Positions 1 to 8,164 of a DNA stretch of 64,000 nucleotides are shown here, piece by piece; positions within the stretch are counted from its first letter, which is position 1; each line of letters starts with the position of its first letter. Position numbers and translations under genes: made by a program. The notes under the pieces are model-generated. The model did not search any database and was not told the DNA's origin. It saw nothing but the letters and a program-made list of their open reading frames with translations. This stretch comes from Fibrobacterota bacterium (GTDB lineage: Bacteria > Fibrobacterota > Chitinivibrionia > Chitinivibrionales > Chitinispirillaceae). The stretch spans positions 9,932 to 73,931 of the forward strand of contig PLTF01000052.1 in the NCBI GenBank assembly GCA_003164335.1, written 5' to 3'.

Positions 1-1
1 A

Positions 2-229
2 TGGGCAATCCAGCGCGGACAGATCCCCATTCCGCTCTCGGTCACCCCTTCCAAAATATTGGCAAACCTGAAGGCAACGGTTTCGGCTCCGCTCTCCGCA
101 ACCGAGATGCGGCAGATCGGCGGGATCGACCGGAATTGCCGGCTGGTTAAGGGCCAGGTTTTCCTGTGGAAAGGCAGCCGGGGGTGGGAAGATCTGTGGG
201 ATTTAGACGGAAAGATTACGCCTGCGTAA
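2..229 (+). CDS. 3' end of an aldo/keto reductase (xylose-reductase-like AKR); gene starts upstream of the window
   Basis: Frame-2 translation ...IPIPLSVTPSKILANLKATVSAPLSATEMRQIGGIDRNCRLVKG...WEDLWDLDGKITPA* matches the conserved AKR C-terminus (IPKS-TP-RI-EN motif, then the L-x-x-EM-x-I-x-L module, then a DPWDWD-like tail). Homology is recalled from memory, not searched. Confidence 0.55.
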   Translation, partial: WAIQRGQIPIPLSVTPSKILANLKATVSAPLSATEMRQIGGIDRNCRLVKGQVFLWKGSRGWEDLWDLDGKITPA

Positions 230-286
230 CGTTCAATACGCCATACGGTAATCGCCTGCATAAATTTTCAACAGAATGGGAGTGGT

Positions 287-1768
287 ATGGAATTCTCTCG
301 AATATTCAAAAGGGCTGACGGTAAAAATCTGTTCCTTACCTTCGTGCTCATCACCACGCTATTCCTGCTGTGGGGTTTCTGCAACGGAATGATCGATATC
401 CTCAATAAGCATTTCCAGGATGCTCTGGGTATCAATAAACAACGATCAGGTCTGGTACAATCTGCCAATTACCTGGCATATTTCCTCATGGCGATTCCCG
501 CCGGATTGATTGCCCGCAGGTTCGGTTATAAGGGCGGTATACTCGTCGGCCTGACCTTGATAGCCGGCGGCGCTTTCTGGTTCGTTCATGCAGTCGGCAT
601 TGGTACCTATGGGGCATTTCTGCTTGGCTTGTTTATTATCGCAGCAGGCATGACCTGTCTGGAAACCATTGCTAATCCGTACACTACCGTACTCGGTGAG
701 CCGGAGAGCGGCGCGACCCGGATCAATATCGCTCAGACAATCAATGGTTGCGGCTGGATCCTCGGCCCGATCGTCGGCGGCTCTTTCGTTTTCTCGGCTC
801 AGGCCGGAGCCAATGCCAACGCCGGACTTTCAATGCCCTATCTGGGCATCGGTATTTTTGTGGCGTTGTTGCTCGTCATCTTCGCCGTATCCAAGGTTCC
901 TGATTTGCACGCCGAGGAAGAAAGCAAGATGCCGGAAAAAGAAAAAATGCGATTGATTCCTTCCATTGGCCAGCGTGTGACGATTGGGATCGTCGTAGCG
1001 GTCGTTTGTGCATTGCTGTATTTCTTTATCGCCCCGATTCTGAAATTGATTTGGGAACTTGTGCAACTCCCCGCAGCATTATTTGCTCCAATAAAGTACT
1101 TATTATTGGCAGCTGCCTTCATTGCAGCGTTTGCGCTTGTTTACAAGAAGTGGGACCTGTTCCGGCGCAGGCATTTTACCCTCGGCATAGCCGCGCAATT
1201 TCTTTACGTATCCGCGCAGACCGGCATTTTCAGCTTTTGTGTCAATTACTGCATCGAAAACGGCCATGGTATCACCGCCGCGCAGGCCGCGAAGTTGCTG
1301 GGTGCAATCGGTTTTGTCCTGTTCGCAGGCGGTCGCTTTTGCGGCAGCGCGGTGATCAGCCAGTTTAAAGCGCATAACGTTCTTGCGACGTATGCCATTA
1401 TCAATGTAGGGTTGACAGCGCTCTGCATGCTCGGCGGCAAGCTTGGCCTGGTTGCAATGTTCGGCACCTTTTTCTTCATGTCGGTTATGTTCCCGACCAT
1501 TTTTGCGCTGTCTATTCGCGGTCTGGGGGAACAAACCAAATTCGCTTCATCGCTCATCGTCATGTCGATCGTGGGAGGGGCGATTGCTGCGCCATTCATG
1601 GGTCACATTGCGGACACGAACTCCATGCGCATGGGATTCATAGTTCCCCTCGTTTGTTTTATCGGCGTTGGTCTCTATGCTGCGATGTGGCAAATTCTCG
1701 AATCGAAAGACGTTGAGCCCGGTAAGAAAAGAGAAGAATTGAAAATCGTCCTGAACCGGGCACATTAA
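287..1768 (+). CDS. fucP: L-fucose:H+ symporter (MFS, FHS family)
   Basis: 493-aa ORF with 12 predicted TM segments. Collinear similarity to E. coli FucP throughout (FLWG..N..D..L..FQ, GLFIIAAG..CLETAANP, VMSIVGGAI). Confidence 0.85.
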   Translation: MEFSRIFKRADGKNLFLTFVLITTLFLLWGFCNGMIDILNKHFQDALGINKQRSGLVQSANYLAYFLMAIPAGLIARRFGYKGGILVGLTLIAGGAFWFVHAVGIGTYGAFLLGLFIIAAGMTCLETIANPYTTVLGEPESGATRINIAQTINGCGWILGPIVGGSFVFSAQAGANANAGLSMPYLGIGIFVALLLVIFAVSKVPDLHAEEESKMPEKEKMRLIPSIGQRVTIGIVVAVVCALLYFFIAPILKLIWELVQLPAALFAPIKYLLLAAAFIAAFALVYKKWDLFRRRHFTLGIAAQFLYVSAQTGIFSFCVNYCIENGHGITAAQAAKLLGAIGFVLFAGGRFCGSAVISQFKAHNVLATYAIINVGLTALCMLGGKLGLVAMFGTFFFMSVMFPTIFALSIRGLGEQTKFASSLIVMSIVGGAIAAPFMGHIADTNSMRMGFIVPLVCFIGVGLYAAMWQILESKDVEPGKKREELKIVLNRAH

Positions 1769-1806
1769 TTTTTTACTATATCGATCCATCCTAAAGGAGA
1801 AGTACC

Positions 1807-2232
1807 ATGCTGAAAGGAATTCCATCCATTCTCTCTCCCGACCTTCTGAAAATCCTCATGGAAATGGGCCATGGGGATGAACTCGTCATCGCCGACGGAA
1901 ACTTCCCTGCCGGTGATATCGCGCGGCGCCTCGTGCGCAGCGATGGAAACATGGTCCCGGAAATTCTTGAAGCGATCCTGAAATTATTTCCGCTCGACAA
2001 GTATGTGCCGAAGCCGGTCGCGCTCATGGCCCTCGTTCCCGGCGATCCGTATAAGCCCGAAATCTGGGAGACCTACCGCGCCATCTGTAAAAAACAGGAG
2101 TTTTTCACCGATTTCGAATCGGTTGAGCGGTTCGCATTCTATGAGCGGGCCAAAAAAGCCTATGCCGTTATCGCGACGAGCGAAACCGCGTTGTATGCAA
2201 ATATCATCCTGAAAAAGGGCGTGGTAATTTAA
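1807..2232 (+). CDS. fucU: L-fucose mutarotase (RbsD/FucU family)
   Basis: 141 aa. MLKGIPSILSPDLLKILMEMGHGDELVIADGNFP and FAFYERAKKAYAVIATSE closely parallel E. coli FucU ([26 protein letters not shown]...RFAFYERAQKAFAIV). SD GGAGAAG lies upstream and the gene sits 38 bp after fucP. Confidence 0.85.
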   Translation: MLKGIPSILSPDLLKILMEMGHGDELVIADGNFPAGDIARRLVRSDGNMVPEILEAILKLFPLDKYVPKPVALMALVPGDPYKPEIWETYRAICKKQEFFTDFESVERFAFYERAKKAYAVIATSETALYANIILKKGVVI

Positions 2233-3080
2233 TAACGTGACCGTGGAACGGACGGCTTTTTTATATGCGGTGTCCGCAAACTGCCGGCACGGCTCTATGC
2301 AGATGTCCGGGCATCGGGATCGGGGAGCACTATATTATCCTTCTCCTTTCTGCCGGCATTTCATTCCGATTAGGTAGAAAACATATAAACAACACCACCT
2401 TCATGATAGGTTTTCCCTGCCGAAGCTGGCTTTTCGCCAGCGGCTTGATCCCTTAATAAGGGGGCGCCGAAGGCGGGGGATTCGCAGGGAAATTCAGCAA
2501 TCTTTCCATCTACCTGAGTAGTAACTATTTCTATTTTTATTTCAGAGGATTTATTATATTCTCAATGAGGACTTTGCCACGGTTAGCTGAATGAGTGTGA
2601 TACGGCACTAATATGATGATTTTGCATAAGTTGGAGAAAAGCTCAACCGCCAGCTCAATACCCAATGCCCGTCCGGCATTCTCGCATTCGCGAACCGGGG
2701 AAGCAGATTTATCCGGATGGGCATAGCCTTAATTTCCGAGCTCAAAGCAGCGGCAAATTTGAAGGGACAGGCCAATGAATAATGTTTCAGGCCTCAACCC
2801 TTCTTTAAAAATAAAAGCCCCCCTTTTTTTTGAGGATCGAGCAAATAAAAAAATCTTGACCATCCCTCCCGGCTGAGCTTATATTCTGATTACGAGCATA
2901 TTACGTGCATATTTAATTAGTATGAGGGTAACAAATTTTGAGGATGCAAAAAAATCAAAGGATGTTATCTAAAGTTGTATTTACGTGTTCGGACAATCTG
3001 GTCTTTAGAACTCTTTAATTCGGCGAATTGAAAAACATCTTTCGCACGGTTATTTATCACATCCAAGGAGGAGGGGGCTT

Positions 3081-4895
3081 ATGCCTGCCATTTCAAAAAA
3101 AGTGCTGCGTTCCATAGTTCTGTTCGCTATGGTGCTCATGATCAATGCGTTCGGTCAGAACACCTTGACGGTTAAGGTCGACTCGGCCCAGGCTCTCGTC
3201 CATAGTGAGATCTTCGGTACCTTGATGGAGAGGCTTGGCAGGAACTGGGTCGGCGGCGTTTATGTCGGAACTAATTCGAACATTCCCAACACCGATGGTA
3301 TGCGCAATGATATCATCCAGGGAATGAAGTCTTGCGGCGTCGGCCTCATTCAATGGCCCGGCGGCGCCGCCTCTTGCGGCTATAACTGGGTTCCCGATAC
3401 CAATCCTACAAACGATGTGGGCACGGTACAGTTCATGGCTATGTGCGACTCGATCGGTTGCCAGCCCGCTATCGCCCTCCCGCCCCTGGTCTCCTCCGCA
3501 CCGAGTAATGTAAAGTGGGTCAATTATATCAACAACAACCCAAGCCACCCGAATTGGCATTGCAAATACTGGAAAATCGGCAACGAAGTGTGGATCACCT
3601 GCGACGGGCTCTCACCGACCGAAGCCGCCTATGATCCCGCTTTTCGCGCGACCTATGATTCAATACGGAATACTAAGGGCGGGGATTCGCTTTTCATTGA
3701 AGCATCCAGCTTGATGGATATCAGTAACAATCTGACCACCTATGATACCGAAATAGTCCACCTGGACAGCCTCATCAACGGCATGGAGGTTCACGATTAT
3801 ATTTATGATCCGAGCAGTATTCCCTGCGTTACCTTCACGGGCACCCAGTATATGAATGTTGTCAATGCTGCCAATCTGGGGCAGATCGCTCCGCGCGAAA
3901 GCCTGCTGGTCGCGTCGTGGAACAAGTTTGATAAATCCGGCCAATTGAAAATTATTGAGGACGAGTGGGGTGACTGGTTCGAACCCCTCAACAAGTCGAC
4001 GGATGGGTGGATGCAGCAGATAACCCTGCTTGATGCGCTGTCTGCGGCGGAACAGCTCCATGTGTTTATGAAGCATGCCGACCGGGTTCAGGCTGCCTGC
4101 GTAGCACAGGGGGTTAATGTTATTCAATCGCTCTTTCTGACAAACAGTTACAGCACGACGCTTCCCATTGATTCCGGTGCCAGTGCGCGGCTGGTATATA
4201 CCCCGACATACTATATCTACAAGATGTTCATGCCACATCATGCGGCGGGAGCGAAATGGGCGCCTAATTCGCTTGCTACCGCCACGTTAGGCGGCGTGGC
4301 ATTACTGTCGGCAGGAACAACCGTAGATACGCTGGGCCATGTTAACATCAGCATTTCCAACATCGATACGGTGAAAGCGGATACGGTGCATATCAACCTG
4401 ACGGCCACTGCCAGCTCGTATACCATCACGTCGGCGCAGATTATAACCGGAACCGCCAAAAACTCGTATAACGATTTCGGTGCGACGGAAAATGTGAACA
4501 TTCAGACCTTTGCGGCATCGAATTACAGCATGCCCACCGGAACAACGGCTACCGTCCTCATGCCTAAAATGAGCATAGTCATGCTTCAGCTCACGCCGAC
4601 GTCGACGATTGGTGTCAAACCGGCGCAAATAATCCAGAAAATCGAAGAAAAGATGTTTTCGATCAGCGCGGGTTTGAACGGGACGGTATCCATAACCGCG
4701 AGAGCGCAGCAGGCAAAACCGGTTACCATAAGCCTGTACAGCACCGACGGCAGGTTGCTGGACAGGGAAGTCAGGGCATTTTCCGGTCGAACCAACTCGG
4801 TTGTCCTGAAGAATCGGTTGACCGTCGGTGTCTATATGGTTACGGTCGGCAACGCGAATGGCAGCTTTTCAAAGAACATTGTGATTTCACGGTAA
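3081..4895 (+). CDS. Secreted GH51-like alpha-L-arabinofuranosidase with a T9SS type-A C-terminal sorting domain
   Basis: Signal peptide present. The N-terminal IFGTLMERLGRNWVGGVYVG resembles the GH51 EHLGR..YGGIY motif, and WKIGNEVW is a GNE acid/base-type motif. C-terminal ~80 aa (ISLYSTDGRLL...VGVYMVTV...KNIVISR) fit the Por_Secre_tail pattern. SD AAGGAGGAGG upstream. Confidence 0.55.
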   Translation: MPAISKKVLRSIVLFAMVLMINAFGQNTLTVKVDSAQALVHSEIFGTLMERLGRNWVGGVYVGTNSNIPNTDGMRNDIIQGMKSCGVGLIQWPGGAASCGYNWVPDTNPTNDVGTVQFMAMCDSIGCQPAIALPPLVSSAPSNVKWVNYINNNPSHPNWHCKYWKIGNEVWITCDGLSPTEAAYDPAFRATYDSIRNTKGGDSLFIEASSLMDISNNLTTYDTEIVHLDSLINGMEVHDYIYDPSSIPCVTFTGTQYMNVVNAANLGQIAPRESLLVASWNKFDKSGQLKIIEDEWGDWFEPLNKSTDGWMQQITLLDALSAAEQLHVFMKHADRVQAACVAQGVNVIQSLFLTNSYSTTLPIDSGASARLVYTPTYYIYKMFMPHHAAGAKWAPNSLATATLGGVALLSAGTTVDTLGHVNISISNIDTVKADTVHINLTATASSYTITSAQIITGTAKNSYNDFGATENVNIQTFAASNYSMPTGTTATVLMPKMSIVMLQLTPTSTIGVKPAQIIQKIEEKMFSISAGLNGTVSITARAQQAKPVTISLYSTDGRLLDREVRAFSGRTNSVVLKNRLTVGVYMVTVGNANGSFSKNIVISR

Positions 4896-4981
4896 TCACC
4901 CGTACTGCAGAGCCGGCCTCCTGCATGAGGCCGGCTCTTTGACTGTTCGGGCGTGGCAGAAACTCGACATCGGGAGGAAGC

Positions 4982-6331
4982 ATGAAGCGGTTATCGGTAC
5001 TGACGGTATTTTCTTTCCTTTTTTCTATCGGCATTGCGCAAGCGGCACCTGGCGACAGCATCTGGATCCTGAATCCGGATACGGTCGGTCGCCAATATAA
5101 CAGCTACTCGGTATGCGATACGAACCGAAATGCTACGGGGGATACCGGATGCCTGCCCCCTAGCGAGACCCACTGTGATACCGGTACTACAGGCGCCCCT
5201 GATACGCAATATATCGATTATAATTACACAATGCAGAACGGCTATGCCGGATTCAAGATCGACTGGGACGCCGGTGGCAGCAGGTATGTCGTCGCCGGAT
5301 TCGACTCCCTTGTTATCTACCACAAGGGGCCCCTTACCGGCGAGACCGTGACCATCAACTTCGGCGCTTCGGTAACCTGCGGCCAGCCGACCGTCTTTAC
5401 CAAGCTCGGAACCTTTTCCGGTTCGAGTTCGTGGACTCGGGAAGCCTTCTCGCTTAAGTCGCTTCCAAATGACTCGGGACTGTACGAAATGCAAGTTCTG
5501 ATCAATGATTCGATCAATCCGACCGCCTCGGGAAATTTCAAGCTCGGCCATATGGTCTTTATCAAGAATATCATCAAGGACCAGGCGAGTTCGCCCGCGC
5601 TGTTGACCCCTGCCGACAGCGCCCTCGCGCAACCGCTGCAAGTAACCCTCACCTGGGCCAAAGTACCCATTGCGACTTCCTATTGGGTTCAGGTGGCAAC
5701 TAGTGCGGATTTCATCGGCCAAACATTCAGCGGCGATTCCATACTTTATTACAGCAACACGGTTTTCTCGCAGAGCGGGCTCACGTCCACTTCCGTGACG
5801 GTATCATCGGGGCTCCTCGCCGGTCAGCCGTATTACTGGCAGGTGCTTGCTGCAAATGTCAATGGGATGAGTCCCTGGGCGACGGCATGGAGCTTTTTCA
5901 CAACGACCGATCCGATAGGGAACAGCAGCAGCATCCCGATTCTCGTCTCCCCGGCCAATAAGGCCGCCGGGCAGCCTTTATCGGTGAAGCTTGCCTGGGA
6001 CAGCGTGAAAGTAGCGACATCATACAATGTGCAGGTCTCCACCGATGCCGCCTTCGGCAGCACCGTATTCAGCCAGACCGGCATAGCCGCAACCTCGGTC
6101 ACGGTTCCAGACCTTTCCGGCTCCATGACCTACTACTGGCGTGTTGCAGCCGCAGACAAGAGCGGTACCAGCGCCTGGTCCAATCCGGAAGTGTTCAGCA
6201 CCACCACGAGCAGCAGCTCGAAGAAGAACTGCGGCTGCGGCTCCGGAACCGGTCTCGCGCTCATCCCGCCGATTTGGCTGAAGGCGCGTTCGAGCCGCAG
6301 GAAGAAACGGCAGAAGACGGCAGATGTATAA
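4982..6331 (+). CDS. Secreted FN3-like repeat protein with an unusual Gly/Cys plus hydrophobic plus poly-basic C-terminus (no Por tail)
   Basis: Signal peptide MKRLSVLTVFSFLFSIGIAQA. Three internal ~90-aa repeats each end in YYWQV/YYWRV...W..P..F.TT. The C-terminus is NCGCGSGTGLALIPPIWLKARSSRRKKRQKTADV. Confidence 0.5.
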   Translation: MKRLSVLTVFSFLFSIGIAQAAPGDSIWILNPDTVGRQYNSYSVCDTNRNATGDTGCLPPSETHCDTGTTGAPDTQYIDYNYTMQNGYAGFKIDWDAGGSRYVVAGFDSLVIYHKGPLTGETVTINFGASVTCGQPTVFTKLGTFSGSSSWTREAFSLKSLPNDSGLYEMQVLINDSINPTASGNFKLGHMVFIKNIIKDQASSPALLTPADSALAQPLQVTLTWAKVPIATSYWVQVATSADFIGQTFSGDSILYYSNTVFSQSGLTSTSVTVSSGLLAGQPYYWQVLAANVNGMSPWATAWSFFTTTDPIGNSSSIPILVSPANKAAGQPLSVKLAWDSVKVATSYNVQVSTDAAFGSTVFSQTGIAATSVTVPDLSGSMTYYWRVAAADKSGTSAWSNPEVFSTTTSSSSKKNCGCGSGTGLALIPPIWLKARSSRRKKRQKTADV

Positions 6332-6508
6332 CCCGTAAGGCAGCAAGAATTACTTGTCATTAATTCGCTAACCCCGGAGCAAAAGCCGGGGTTAGCGTTT
6401 GTTGTAGCGTGGTCGGTAGAACCACCTTAGGTAAAAACAGCGTATTTGAGCACTTGCTTTTAAAAATTAAAGTATCTATTGGTGAATTCCGAAAGGAGTA
6501 TGGCGATT

Positions 6509-7876
6509 ATGAGAGATTCGGGCAGGTTACATCGTCTCTGCGCGCTGCTGTCGGCCATTATAGGCATAGCCATATCTCAGCAAAGCTCCTTTGCCGGGAC
6601 ATGCCCCTGCGACATCTATGCGACCGGGGGTACACCCTGTGTTGCGGCGCACAGTACGGTGCGCGCTCTTTACAGCACGTATAACGGACCCCTCTATCAG
6701 GTCACGCGCAAGTCCGACAGCAAAACAAAGGACATCGGCGTCCTGAGTCCCGGAGGCCTCGCCAACTCGGCCGCGCAGGACTCGTTCTTAACCGGCACGA
6801 CCGGCTCCATTTCGATTATTTACGACCAATCAGGGCAGGGCAACCATCTCTACCCCGCACCTTCAGGCAATTGGCCCCCCGCAGAAACAGCCGCAGCCGC
6901 AACCGGTGCAAAGATCATGATGAACGGTCATACGGTCTACGGTATTTATACAACCGCGGGAAATTTTCCGAATAATACTCTCGTTGCCGGAGTCGGTTAT
7001 CGAAACAACAAGGCCACGGGGTTGGCAACCGGCAACCAGCCGGAGGGCATGTACATGGTATGCAGCGGCACGCACTATAACCAGTGGTGCTGCTTCGACT
7101 ATGGAAATGCGGAGGCGAACGACACCGATGACGGCAACGCCACCATGGAGTGCATCTATTTTGGAAGCAGCACCCAGTGGGGCCACGGCGATACCCTTCC
7201 AACCAAGGGCCCCTGGGTCATGGCGGACCTGGAAAACGGATTGTTTGCAGGAGGAACTTCCGGAACCAATAACGGTAACACACCAATTGCTGCCAGCTAC
7301 GTAACGGGCATGGTCAAAGGTGACTCCGGGAATCGGTATGCAATCAAAGGCGGCAATGCGGATTCCGGCAGCCTTAAAACCATGTACAACGGTACGCGTC
7401 CCTCCGGCTACAACCCCATGAAAAAACAGGGTGCTATCATCCTGGGAATAGGCGGTGACAACAGTCATACCGCCATAGGAACTTTTTTCGAGGGTGCCAT
7501 AACTACCGGTTATCCGCCGGACAGTACCGAAAATGCCATCCAGGCCAATATCGTTGCCGCGAGGTACGGGAGCAGCGTAACGGCGACCAGGTATAGCGTC
7601 AACGACGAGGTGCCGGTATCGCCGGTCAGGGTCCATTACAATCCATCCAGCGGCAGTGCGGTGGTCAGCTACTTCCTGCAGGACGCCCGTCGCGTGAGCA
7701 TGAATATTGCCGATTTGCAGGGCCGGCAGGTTGCTGCGATCTTTGACGGCGTCATTCCTGCCGGTCAGCACCAGGCGGTCTGGAATGCAAGGCAGGTTCC
7801 GGCCGGCGTCTATGTCTGGAGAATAGCGATGGACGGTAGGGATGGATGGAGCGGGAAGATTGTTATTGAGAGATAA
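6509..7876 (+). CDS. GH54 alpha-L-arabinofuranosidase B (AbfB-type catalytic domain) with a T9SS type-A C-terminal sorting domain
   Basis: GTCPCDIYATGGTPCVAAHSTVRALYSTYNGPLYQV, IIYDQSGQGNHL, CCFDYGNAE and GAIILGIGGDNS..GTFFEGA.TTGYP.D.TENAIQANIVAA are near-collinear with fungal AbfB (GPCDIY..G.TPCVAAHSTTRALY...). The tail is VVSYFLQDARRVSMNIADLQGRQVA...GVYVWRIAMDG...KIVIER. Start set at the ATG 10 nt after the SD AAGGAG; the ORF track begins at 6479. Confidence 0.8.
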   Translation: MRDSGRLHRLCALLSAIIGIAISQQSSFAGTCPCDIYATGGTPCVAAHSTVRALYSTYNGPLYQVTRKSDSKTKDIGVLSPGGLANSAAQDSFLTGTTGSISIIYDQSGQGNHLYPAPSGNWPPAETAAAATGAKIMMNGHTVYGIYTTAGNFPNNTLVAGVGYRNNKATGLATGNQPEGMYMVCSGTHYNQWCCFDYGNAEANDTDDGNATMECIYFGSSTQWGHGDTLPTKGPWVMADLENGLFAGGTSGTNNGNTPIAASYVTGMVKGDSGNRYAIKGGNADSGSLKTMYNGTRPSGYNPMKKQGAIILGIGGDNSHTAIGTFFEGAITTGYPPDSTENAIQANIVAARYGSSVTATRYSVNDEVPVSPVRVHYNPSSGSAVVSYFLQDARRVSMNIADLQGRQVAAIFDGVIPAGQHQAVWNARQVPAGVYVWRIAMDGRDGWSGKIVIER

Positions 7877-7943
7877 TCCCGTTGCGAAGATAATTGCACA
7901 AGATTGGGCCGGATTTTCAAACATCGGCACAGTTACTGACCGG

Positions 7944-8120
7944 TTCATAAGTATGAGCTCATATAAAGACCGTTCGCCCTGAGCCTGTCGAAGGGCGAGC
8001 TGCAAAGACGCCCGTTCATGGTTCGACAAGCTCACCACGAACGGTATGAGGTAGTTCTAATTATGAGGCAGCTCTAATATGGTATAGGGTGGCTCTCCTT
8101 ATGAACTGATCAGTAAAAAG
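7944..8120. repeat. Dispersed ~170-bp structured repeat (family A), copy 1
   Basis: Shares the core ACCGTTCGCCCTGAGC-TGTCGAAGGGCGAG...CCGTTCATGGTT-G-TTCGACAAGCTCA...CTCACCACGAA-GG and the flanks TTCATAAG...TTATGAACTG with 56303-56466. It contains two short hairpins (CGCCCT/AGGGCG and CCGTTC/GAACGG) and a long-range complement (TGTCGAAGG vs GGTTCGACAAG). Confidence 0.6.
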
Positions 8121-8164
8121 TCGATCACTATAAGTCAATATAACATATCCGAACAGGAGTATTC

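Noticed and set aside
2265-2456. 63-aa ORF in the fucU-GH51 intergenic region
   Set aside because: It has no SD. It is Cys/Arg-rich with low complexity and sits in the only stretch of that gap that is not AT-rich. It is kept as non-coding.
6863-8038. 391-aa ORF on the minus strand
   Set aside because: It lies antisense to the well-supported GH54 gene. It has no domain signal, and its 5' part is the translation of repeat family A (LSNHERASLQLALRQAQGERS). It is a shadow ORF typical of high-GC DNA.
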